A program made the position numbers and the translations under genes. Below, one piece after another: positions 13,701 through 25,700 of a DNA stretch of 64,000 nt. The notes under the pieces are model-generated. The model was not told where the DNA came from. It did not search any database and saw nothing but the letters and a program-made list of their open reading frames with translations. This DNA is from Mobula birostris (taxonomy: Eukaryota), in NCBI RefSeq assembly GCF_030028105.1, contig NC_092397.1, positions 12,539,271 through 12,603,270 of the forward strand, written 5' to 3'. The first letter of the stretch is position 1. Each line of letters starts with the position of its first letter.

Positions 13701-16700
13701 CTTAGCAGGTTGGGCAGCATCCGTAGAGAGGAATAAAGAGTCGACGTTTCGGGCCGAGGCTGGGAGGTGATAGGTGGAAACAATAAAGGGTTGAAGAAGG
13801 AGGAATCTGACAGGAGAGGAGGGTGGGCAACGGGAGAAAGGGAAGGAGGTGGGGAACCAGAGAGAAGTGGTGGGCAGGTGAGGACGAGAGGGGGAGTAAA
13901 ACAGGAGCCGGAATCGTTAAAGGTCATTTATTCTGACTGACTCTTTGTTTCCCTCCGTAGACACTGCCTGATTTGCTGAGTTCCTCCATCAGCAAGCAGT
14001 GATGATCTATGGGGGGGAATAAAGAGTTAAAAGCTTTCGGCCAAGCCCCTTTGTCGGGACTCTGAAAGAGCCCATCGATGCTGTCGCTCCACATTTCCAG
14101 TGTCTGCAGAGCCTCCTTGTGTCCCTTGCTTGTACTGACCTTGTTGGTCCATTCTGTTCCTGTTGTAGGCCAGGATAAAGAAGATCATGCAGACGGACGA
14201 AGAGATCGGAAAAGTGGCCGCCGCTGTCCCAGTGATCATCTGTATCCTCCAGAAGCCGTCCCTGACGAGCCCCACAGGGCGGGGAGAAAGGGCTGCTTGG
14301 GCCATGGTTCTGGGAATTCCTCTCCCATCACCCCAGTTATCCAGTTGTCCCAGTGACACCCGATGGGCTGAGTGGCCTAATTCTGCTCCAATGTCTTGTG
14401 GCCATCCAAAGATTCCTGCAGAGAAGGCCAGTCAGCACATCTGCCCTTCTCTATCCTTCTCTCTAGCCAGCCTGTGCCATCAAACCCCATCCCTTAATAC
14501 TTCTTGCAGTGGAGCGAATGTTTCCCAGCGTGGGGGAGTGTAGGACCAGAGGGCACAGCCTCAGAATAGGAAGAGATGGAGGGATTTCTTTACCCGGAGG
14601 CTGGTGAATTGGTGGAATTCATTGCCACAGGCAGCACAGATTCCGGCAAAGGGCCATTCGGCCCACCTGACCCATTCTGTCCTTCACTAAGACTCTAGCC
14701 AGTCTGTGCCATAAAACCTTCATCCCTGAAAACCTTTTGTAACCAGATGTCCCTCACTGATGTGCTACCATTATCACATCTGTTAGGTCGGGGTTGCTTC
14801 ATGTTTGTTTTCCTTGCTTGTAATCCAGAGGCCGTCGCTGGTAACTTAGAAACAGCTTGGGTGGCTAATGAGATGATTCAGCTCCGTTTGGATTGGTTAC
14901 GACCACTATTAAAATAAGGCTTTTTGTTGGAAATCAAAATGGATAAACACAGAATGGAACAGTCTCTTCAGCCCCCGATTTTTGTGCCAACCTTTTAACC
15001 TAATCCAGCTTCAATCCAACCCTCTCTCCCGCCCCCCATACGCCTTCATTTTTATTTCATCCATTGGCAGGGGTGCTCCATGCACCCACCACTCCAGGTT
15101 TCAAAATATATATGTATTACCCCTGACATCCCCCCCCCCCCCCGTACTTCCCTCCAATCATCTTAACATTAGGATTTTCGACCTGAGGAAAGAGTCTGTG
15201 ACTCTTGTTGTCTTGTACACCTCTGTCAAGTCACCTGAAATCCAGGCAGCGTACTGGTAAGTGTCTTCACCTTCTTTAAAGCTTCCACATCTTTCTGATA
15301 GTGAAGGGTTTCAAAACTGAGCGCTGTACTCCCAAAGGTGGTCTGGCCAGGGTTTTTAATGGAGCCGCAGCGTTACCCTTGCAGCTCTTGAACTGAACCC
15401 CCCAGCCCCCTGACTCATGCAGACCAACTCACCCTATGCATTCGCAACCTCCCAGTCAACTTTGAAGGACGTGGACCCCGCCCTCCCTCTGTTGCCCCAC
15501 ACTGCTAAGAACCTTATCGTTAACTTTTTGTACTCTGACTTCCAAAAGTGAATCACCTCACACGTTTCCAGTTTGACCTCCGAACTGGGGGAAAACTACC
15601 CGCAAGGATCCACGAACACGAACTGGCTGTCCCAACGGCTTGACCAACTCTCCCTCGTCTCTACCCGTGAAGGTCGAGAAGGGCACAAACTCGGCTGGGC
15701 ATCGTGGCACAAGCGAACACACGGCATGCAAGAGAACCCCTAGGAGCATGGTTTTCCGCACCTTTCATATCCCTTTTGCCAATCAACTGTCCAGCTCTAG
15801 GCTCCATCCCTCCCCCTCCCGTCTTCTCCTATCATTTTGGATCTCCCCCTCTCCCTCCCACTTTCAGATCTCTTACTAGCTTTTCTTTCAGTTAGTCCTG
15901 ACGAAGGGTCTCGGCCTGAAACGTCGACTGTACCTCTTCCTGGAGATGCTGCCTGGCCTGCTGCGTTCACCAGCAACTTTTATGTGTGTTGCTTGAAACT
16001 CCAGCATCTGCAGATTTCCTCGTGTTTGAGATAGACCTTCATCCCATTTTTAAGCCAATGTGGGCAAATTTCCAGACCACAATGCACAGAGTTCACCACA
16101 CAACCAATCAGCAATGAGACCCCTCCCTACCTCACAAATAAGTGTCCGTAATGATGACCAATCAGCTGATTGATAAGTACCTGAAGGCCAAGCATTTGGA
16201 GGACACATCGCAAGTGAGGCACCAGAAGGACCTTCTGTAGTGATCAATAAACCAATTGTTTGGAATCAAATGACCTTGCCTGGTGTCTCAGGGCTGGGTG
16301 TGTCTGCACCCACACCACTCCTCTGCGAGCTGTCCCACGCCCCTCCCGCGGTGCTCCACTCTCGCCACTCCCAACGTCCTTTGCTCCCGCCAGATTTACA
16401 CACTGGCTCTCCGCTCCACGTCGACAAGTACAGTCCTGTGCAAAGATCTAGCTATATAGATGGGCAAACGTAGAGGGGTATGGGCCTGAAACGGGCAGAT
16501 AGGAACAGCTTAGGTGGGGTGGCACAGACCAGCTGGGCTGAAGGGCTGTTGCCCCACTGTATAACTCTGCGATTGGGGTCCTTCAGGAGCAGAATGGAGC
16601 GATACGTGTGGTTCCTCTGGCTTTGTCATGAACTTACTTGGCACAGTCCTGCAACTCTGGCTGGTGCCCGGGTAGCGAACAGAACCGGCCTCCTCCCACT

Positions 16701-19700
16701 CCAGGGACGTGGGAGACACACACAAAGAATGCTTCCCAACAGACCACAACTGTCAGCTCCAGACAGGGGCACAAGATAGAATGGCGGGGTGGGGGTGGGA
16801 GGCTGTTTGGGAGGTTGCTGATGCCAAAATAGCTTGACGGTGCCAGGAGCCCCACGCCACCTCGGGCGGTCCGCGCCCAGGGAGTGAGGGCGTCGAGCAG
16901 ATTTCCTTAACGTGCCGCTCAGCTCGGGCGTTGGAACTGTTCCTGGACTCCCTCCTGACGAAGGCCTGCCACGTGACCCAGTCGCGGAACGCCAAGACCA
17001 TGACCACCTCGCACCTGTAAGTAAGCGGCCCGCACGTTTCCCGTTCGGCCTGGCTTCCCCCAACCCCCCCCCCCCCCGCCCACTTAGCCTTCTCTTCGGG
17101 CTCCCAGAGCAGGAGGGCACCTCTCCCTTGTTTTGACCTATTGACTATTGAAAGGCCCAGGTAGAGCAGACATGGAGAGGATGTTGCCTATAGTGAGGGA
17201 GTCTGGGATCAGGGGGCACAGCCTCAGAATGGAGGGACACCCCTTTGGAAAAGAGATGAGGAGAAATTTCTTTAGCCGGAGACTGGTGAATCTTGGGTTT
17301 TCATTGCCACAGATGGCTGTGGAGGCCAAGTCATTGGATATATTTAAAGCAGAGGTTGATAGGTTCTTGATTAATCAGGGCATCAAAGGTTACGGGGAGA
17401 AGGCAGGAGAATGGGGTTGGGAGGGATAATAAATCAGCCATGATGGAATGGAGGAGCAGACTCGATAGACTGAATGGCCTAATTCTCCTCCTATGTCTTA
17501 TGATTGGAGCATGGAAGGGAGGAGAGAGGTTGGGCAGTTGCTTCAGGGACAGAAGGTTTGAATTCCAACTCAGAAGGGGAGTTTGAATTCAGTTAATTTG
17601 TGAGCACCCATCTGGTTCTTGAGGAGAGAAATTGGCCATCTTTAGCCAATCAGACCCTCCTGTGCACTCTGATTGACCTGTCACAGCAGCCAATGAATAC
17701 AGGACTGGCCAGTGGCTCCCGCCTCCCACCCAGACAAGGTCTGCACCGGTTGGGGATGGGGTGGGGAGGAGGAGGTGGCAGCGGTATGGAATCCGGTGGC
17801 TCCCGCGGATGCGCAAGGCAGGGCTCTGCGCTGACGTCTCGGCCCGTTCCCCCCGCCAGGAAGCAGTGCATCGAGCTGGAGCAGCAGTTCGACTTCCTCA
17901 AGGACCTGGTGGCCACCGTGCCGGACATGCAGGGCGAGAACGAGGATGTCCACATGGAAGGGGACAAGGTGCCTCGCAGGTGAGTCCCGCCTGATGGTCC
18001 ACCGGGGCGCAGGCTTGAGAGGGCTCCCCTCCATTGCAGAGTTGCGCCTCGGCGTAGGGTGAGGGGCAGTCTGGTAGGCTTCCTCCTCCGTTCCATTCCC
18101 CACCCTCCCAGCCGTGTGTGAGTTGACGTCCCACTGGTGTTCCACTCAGATATAAATTTATGAATCACACGCACATCAAGACATAGGGTGAAATGTGTCG
18201 TTTGCGTTAACAACCAACCCAACCCAAGGACGTGCTGGGGGGTGGGGGCAGCCCGCAGTTGGTATACTGCGCCAACGTAGCATACCCACAATGTTCGGCC
18301 AGAGTAGCAACAATGGCAAAACAGGCCCCTTTGCGAACGCCCCCCCCCCAACACGATACAGCCTCTCCCCTCCCCATACACATCCCCTTGCTCTCATGCT
18401 CTCTTCTCATTCCTGCCACCAGAGAGGAGGTACAGGAGCCAGAAGACTCAAATTCTCAAGAAGAGCTTCTTCCCCTCCGCCATCAGACTTCTGAACGCCC
18501 ATCGAGCCAGGTCACGGACACAGCCCCACTCTGTCTGCCCTTGTACCATCTGCTCTCGGGATGAGGCTTTCCATTCCAGAACAACTGTGGTGTCCGCCTC
18601 CTCCAAAGAGAGGGGCTTCCCTTCCCCCACCATCACCGCTGCCCTCAACCGCACCTCTTCCGCTTCGCGCGCGCCTGCTGCTCACCCCATCCTCCCGCCA
18701 CCCTGCCCGAGATACGGTTCCTCTTGCCCTCCCCTACCACCCCACCAGCCTCCGCGTCCAGCACGTAATTCTCCGTAACTTCCACCATCAAGCACCTCTT
18801 CCCTCCCCTCCCACTTCCCGCTTTCCATAGGGATCGCTCCCCGCGCGGCTCGCTTGTCCATTCGTCCCCCCCCACCGATCTCCCTCCTGGCACTAATCCC
18901 TGCAAGCGGAACGAGTGCCACACCTGCCCCTTCACCCCCTCCCTCATCCAGGGCCCCAAACAGTCCTTCCCGGTGAGGCGACACTTCACCTGCGAGTCTG
19001 TTGGGGTAATTTACTGTGTTCGGTGCTGTCAGTGTGTCCTCCTGTATATCGGTGAGACCCGATGTATATTGGGAGACCTCTTTGCCGAGTATCTACTCTC
19101 CGTCCGCCAGGACTAGCGGGATCTCCCAGTGCCCACCAATTCCAATTCTACTTTCCATTCCGATATGTCCATCCATAGCCTCCTCTACTGTCGTGATGAG
19201 GCCACACTCAAGTTGGAGGAACAACACCTCATATTCCGTTTGGGTAGCCTCCAACCTGATGGCATGAACATCGACTTCTCTAACTTCTGGTAATTGCACC
19301 CTCCCTCTTCTTCACCATTTCCCATTACAGTTCCCCTCTCTCACCTTATCTGCATACCGGCCCATCACCTCCCTGTGGTGCTCCTCCCCCTCCCTTTCTT
19401 CAATGGCCTTCTGTCCTCGCCTGTCAGATTCCCCTTCATAGAACATAGAAAGCTTACAGCACAATACAGGCCCTTCAGCCCCACAATGCTGTGCTGGACA
19501 TGTCCTCACTTTAGAAATGACCCAGGGTTACCCATAGCCCTCTGTTTCTCTGAGCTCCATGCACCCGTCCAGGAGTCTCTTAAAAGACCCTATTGTATCA
19601 GCCTCCACCACCGCTGCCGGCAGCCCATTCCACACACTCGCCACTATCTGCGTAAAAAAACTTACCCCTGACGTCTCCTCTGTACCTACTTCCAAGCACC

Positions 19701-22700
19701 TTAAAACTGTGCCCCCTTCTCTTCTGGTTACCTGCCTATCAGCTCCCCCGGTGCCCCTCCTCCTTCCCTTTCTCCCACGGTCCACTCTCCTCTCCTATCA
19801 AATTCCTCCTCCTTTTCCATCCATCACCTCCCAGCTCTCACTTCATCCCCCCCCCCCCCAAGCTACCTTCCCTCCCCTTCGCCTGGTCCCTCATATCACC
19901 TGTGAACTTGTACTCCTTCCCCTCCCCCTCCGACCTTCTTACTCAGGCATCCTCCCCCTTCCTTTGCAGCCCTGATGTGGGGCGATGGCCCGAAATGTCG
20001 CCTGTTTATTCCCCTGCGTTGATGCTGCCTGACCTGCTGAGTTCCTCCAGCATTTTGCTTGTGTTGCTCCGGATTTCCAGCAACCCTGCAGACAGCTGTA
20101 TCCAGAGCAGAAATGATGGGAGTCCTTCTCCAGGCCTTTATCGCTTCCACCAGTCTTTACTTCACCCTCCTCCTCCTGTCCCTATCACCCACCACCTGGT
20201 ACTTCTTCCTCCTCACCCCCCACCTTCTTATCCTGACTTCTCATCTTCCTCTCCAGTCCTGACGAAGGGCCTCAGCCTCAACCTGCGACTGTTTACTCTT
20301 TTCCATAGACCTGCTGAGTTCCTCCAGCGTTTTCTGTACTTTACTATAATTCATCGTTACTTTTGTGTATATTGCAGTGTCCTGCTGTCTCACAACAACT
20401 AATTTCACAACGTGTGCCAGTGATACTAAACCTGACTCGGATTCTTATCCGGAAAGCCGAGGCTGGAGGGCCAGGAGCTGTTCTGAAAACGCTGAGCGTC
20501 CAGCCGCCAGGCTCCTGTACCTCCTCCCAGACGACACGCGCAAGGTGCTGGCGGACCTCAGCCGGTTCGACAGCGTCTGCCGAGGCGAGCGGACAGTCGG
20601 CGTTCCGGGCCGCGATCCTTCATCGGGCCCGAGACGTCGACCGGTTTATCCTTCCCCTCGGAGGCTGCCTGACCTGCTGAGCCCCACCGGCATTTTGTGG
20701 ATCATTTCCGGATCTCCAACGTCTGCAGAACCTCTTCTGTTCCGGTAGTAATGAGAAGAGGGCACGTCCCTGGAGGATGGATGCCAACGACTTGAGGCGC
20801 TGTCTCGTGAAGATGTCCTCGATGGTAGGGGAGGTGGGGGGCGCGGGAGGGTGTGCCGGTGATGGATCTGGCTGAGGCGGCAACCCCCTGCAGCCCCTGT
20901 CGATCCCGTGCTCTGGAGCCTCCGTACCAGATGGTGATGTGACCAGGCAGAATGCTCTCCTCGGTACATCCGTTTAAAGAGAAACAGCTACGGTCTTTGA
21001 CCTCTCAGATTCAGGTTTATTTTATCGCATGTGCATCGAAACGTACGGCCAGACGCATCGTTCTTCATTAGTAAATAGCCCACCTGAGAGTGCGGTGGGG
21101 GTGAGTCGGGGGGTCACCAATGCAGCACCCCCACAACGTTTGAAGTTTCACAGTACATTTAATCTCAGGGTATACAGCCAGAAATTCGTCCTCTTCACGG
21201 ACACCCACGAAACAAAGACACCCTGTAAAACGTTACCGGGGGGGGGGGGACACCTCCCCTTCCCTTCGCACAAGCAGACCCCCACCCCCAGCTGCACCAG
21301 CAGAAGCAACAATCCACCTCCCCCCGCCCCCCCACCCCCCCGGGGGCGCCAGGCGAGTCTGCGGCAGAAGCCCCAGAGTACCACAAACCAGCACTTCGGT
21401 ATCACAGGCAGGCGCGCTCCGTCGCCAACGAGAGAGGGAGGTCCTTGCCGTCACAACGAGAGCCGGAGACCAGCAGCGCACAGTTCAGATGTCACAGTGT
21501 CTTACCCCCGTTGGTTCTGCGAGCACCCTCCGGATCAGGGACTGTCTCCCCGCTGCCTGACCGGTCCAGGGTCCACAGAACTGGGCGCTGAAGGAGGGTG
21601 GGACTAGCCACCATCTGCTGAGGTGGGCTACTGCACAGGGTCAAAGTCGTTGTCATCGTGGCTGCCCCTCGAGGTCGAGGATGATGGTCTTCGTTCTGTA
21701 CAGAGCGAAGACGCCTGTGCGTGTCTTTGTTTAACGTGTACTTGATGTTGCACTCCAAGAAGCACTCCAAGACCAACTGATTCCAACAGCATGGAAGCCA
21801 CGACAATTGGAGCTGATGGATTTGTTGCAGCCTTCATCCGCCTTCACAGCCGTTGAGTTCGAAGTGACTTCGTCTGCCTGTTCCACCGCTGAGGTCTTGG
21901 TTGGATTGTTCTTTGTTGGACCTCACCTTCGACCTTACCGCCATGGGTGACCCTACCAGGAGCATAGCTCCAGACGGCATTGCTCTCAGGATCACAGGAC
22001 CACGCAAGCTTCTCCACCACGACAAGGTGACAATCCACAGAGAAGACAGGATGAAAGAAAGCTGCAGAGAGTTCTAAAATTAGTCAGCACTATCACTGGA
22101 ACCAGCCTCCATAGTATCCTAGACGTCTACAAGGAGCGGTGCCTCAAGATGGCGTCACATGTCATTAGGGCTCCCTCCATCACCCAGGATGTGCCATCTT
22201 CTCATTGCTACCATCAGGAAGGAGCTGCTGCAAAGTTAGCAAGTTTCCCAACACGTGCCGGTGATATTTAACCTGACTGTTGATTGTGATGGGAAGGAGT
22301 GCTGTGTGCTCATCTCCCTGCCGTTTCAGGGGTCGGAAGCCCGGAATGGGTCGCAGGAACGCCAACGGAGGGGCCGGAGCGAAAGGGAAGGACAAGAAGC
22401 AATCCAGCACGGAATCGGAGCAGGAGGTGAGCAGTCCCGACTGCGGCTTCTTCCCCCCTTCCTCCCCTCTCCACAGACGCTGCCTGACCTGCCTCCCTCC
22501 CTCCCAGCACTTTGTGTGCGTTGATCCCAGTTCCCAGCCCCTGCAGTCCCCGTTGTGCGAGTGTCCGTCCGTGGCGCCCCGCGACCCAATCCCATTCCGG
22601 TCTGACGCACTCCGGCCCGGCCTGACCCCCGCCAATCCGATCGGCTCCACTCCACTCCAGAAACTGACTCGGGAGACTGGGGGCTTTGCCCGGGACAGTA

Positions 22701-25700
22701 TCAGTGCTCATCGTGGCCAGTGGTGTGGCTGCATGAGGAGACGCTCTTGGAATAATAGTGGAGGCAAATCGCACGGTCACTGTGTCCCTCTTGAGAGTGT
22801 GACCCCTACTCCCACATATCTCTGATCCCCAGCACACACATACAACACGACTGCCGGGCTCGATCAACTGGGGAAGTAGGCCAAGGGTCTGGATCGGAGG
22901 GTAAGTCTGCCTTAGCTACGGCGACTGGCTGGGCAGACAGTGGGGTTGTGACGTCCGCGGTGGTCTGATGCTCGCCGTCGGTCTGCGGCCTGCCACTCCG
23001 ATGACCTGCCTGGCAGAACGGCCGATCCGCTGGGCGCCGGCCGGGGCCGGCGGGTGGGGGAGAAACGAGGCCCGCTCTCAGCCCAGCCCCTCTGCTTGCT
23101 CCCTCCCACAGGACGAGTCGGAGGACAGCGAGACGGATGAGGAGGAAGCCTCCCGCTCCAGCGTCGACAAGGCCGGGGACCAGATCCGGAGGTTAGTGGT
23201 TGCCCTGACCTGCCTTCACTTCCCCCCCCACCTCACCTCCAAAAGACCAGGCAAGCCCTAGGCTCCGTCTCGGGCCTGTGCCACCTTGGCAGATTCTGCT
23301 TCCCGCTGACAGCCTCTACCCTGGGAGGGAGAGCAGCAGCAGGCTGCTCGTTTAATTACGTGGGGGGGGGGGGGTGCGTAAGGCGTTAACGTCGGCGATC
23401 CCGGGTTCAATTCCCGCCATTGTCTGCGAGTACATTCTCCCCGGGACCCTGTGGGTTTCCTCCCATGATCCAAAGGGCAGGGTTAGTGAGTTGTGGGCAG
23501 GCTTCGTCGACACTGGAAGTGTGGCGGCACTCGCGGGCTGCCCTCAGCGCTTCCTCGTGTTGGTCGCTGGTGCAGATGGCGCATTCCGCTTTGCGGTTCG
23601 GTGGTCCGACACGCACGTGACAGATAAAACTGATTTATCTAATTCAGAGTCTCTTAAGGAACAGCACAGGAGCCGGCCATTCGGCCCACAACGTTGTGCT
23701 GCTCCAGCTGAAATGTAAATTCAAAACCTAAACACTCGTCCCTCCCACTTACACAATATCTCCCCCCTTCCCCACCTTCTTACTCTGCCTTCTCGTCATT
23801 CTTTCCAGTCCTGATGAAGGGTCTCAGCCCAAAATGTCGACCGTTTACTCTTTTCCTCAGATGCTGCCTGACCTGCTGAGTTCCTCCAGCGTTTTGTGTG
23901 TGTTGCTTAGATTTCCAGCATCTGCAGATTTTCTCTTGTTTGTGACAGTGACGAACTATTGCAATTTTCCCCAAATAAAAGAAAACCAAAGCTACGCACA
24001 CACGACACGCTGCAGGAACACGGCAGTTTGCCCTTCTCAGCAAGTCTGTAATCTCTTGTCCAAAACCACCTTACACCCTGTCAGGTTGTCCCTAATATCC
24101 TCAATAGATACACACCTGAAATAACACCACTATGTCCTGAAGTGGGAAGGAGAACAGCCAGAGGTCGTGGTACATATTGGTACCAACGACATAGGTAGGA
24201 AAATCCTGAAAGCAGACCACAGGGAGTTAGGAAGGAAGCTGAGAAGCAGGACCACAAAGGTTGTAATCTCGGGATTACTGCCTGTGCCACGTGACAGTGA
24301 GTATAGGAATAGAGTGAGGTAGAGGATAAATATGTGGCTGAGGGATTGGAGCAGGGATTCAGATTTCTTGATCATTGGGACCTCTTCTGGGGCAGGCGTG
24401 ACCTGTACAAAAAGCATGGGTTGCACTTGAATCCCAGGGGGACCAATATCCTGGCGGGGAGGTTTGCTAAGGCTATTGGGGAGAGTTTAAACTAGGATTG
24501 CTGGGGGGTTTGGAACCGAACTGAAGAGACAAAGGAAGAGGCGGTTCGCTTGCAAATAGAGAAAGCTTGTAGACAGTGTGAAAGGGAGGATAGGCAGGTG
24601 ATAGAGAAGGGACGTGCTCAGACCGATGGTCTGAGATGTGTCTATTTTAATGCGAGGAGTATTATGAACAAAACAGATGAGCTTGGAGTGTGGATCAGTT
24701 CTTGGAGCTATGATGTTGCGGCCATTACAGAGACTTGGATGGCTCAGGGGCAGGATTGGTTACTTCGAGTACCAGGCTTTAGGTGTTTCACAAAGGACAG
24801 GGAGGGAGGCAAAAGAGGTGGGGGCGTGGCACTGTTGATCAGAGATAGTGTTACAGCTGCAGAAAAGGAGGAAGTCATAGAGGGATTGTCTACAGAGTCT
24901 CTGTGGGTGGAAGTTAGAAACAGGAAGGGATCAATAACTCTACTGGGTGCTTTTTATAGACCACACAATAGTAACAGGGACATCAAGGAGCAGATAGGGA
25001 GACAGATTCTGGAAAGGTGTAATAACAACAGGGTTGTTGTGGGAGATTTTAATTTCCCAATATCGATTGGCATGTCCCTAGAGCGAGAGGGGTTTAGATG
25101 AGGTGGAGTTTGTTAGGTGTGTTCAGGAAGGTTTCTTGAAGATAAGTAGATAAGCCTACAAGAGGAGAGGCTGTACTTGATCAGGTATTGGGAAATAACC
25201 TGGTCAGGTGTCAGACTTCTCAGTGGAAGAGTATTTTGGAGATAGTGATCACAATTCTACCTCCTTTACCATAGAATTGGAGAGGGATAGGAACAGACAA
25301 GTTAGGAAAGCGTTTAATTGGAGTAAGGGGAAATATGAGGCTATCAGGCAGGAACTTGGAAGCATAAATTGGGAGCAGATGTTCTCAGGGAAATGTACGG
25401 CAGAAATGTGGCAAATGTTCAGGGGATATTTGCATGGAGTTCTGCGTAGGTACGTTCCAATGAGACGGAGAAAGAATGATATAGTACAGGAACTGTGGTG
25501 TACAAAGGCAGTTGTAAATCTAGTCAGAATGAAAAGAAAAACCTTAATGAAAGGTTCAAAAAACTAGGTAATGATAGAGATCTAGAAGATTATAAGGCTA
25601 GCAGAAAGGAGCTTAAGAAAGAAATAAGAAAAGCCAGAAGGGGCCATGAGAAGGCCTTGGTGGACAGGATTAAGGAAAACCCTGGGGCATTCTACAAGTA

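Larger units (their letters stand above)
14242..16922 (+). other. DRAP1: U12-type (minor spliceosome) GT-AG intron
   Basis: 5' site GTATCCTC (consensus RTATCCTT); branch TTTCCTTAAC at 16902-16911, 11 nt before the intron end; no polypyrimidine tract. Confidence 0.92.

Noticed and set aside
23806-23843. Active hammerheads at 23806, 20254, 19967, 35970, 53399 and 63689
   Set aside because: Core mutated (GAAA lost, C15.2 changed, or GUC changed to GAC); relics only
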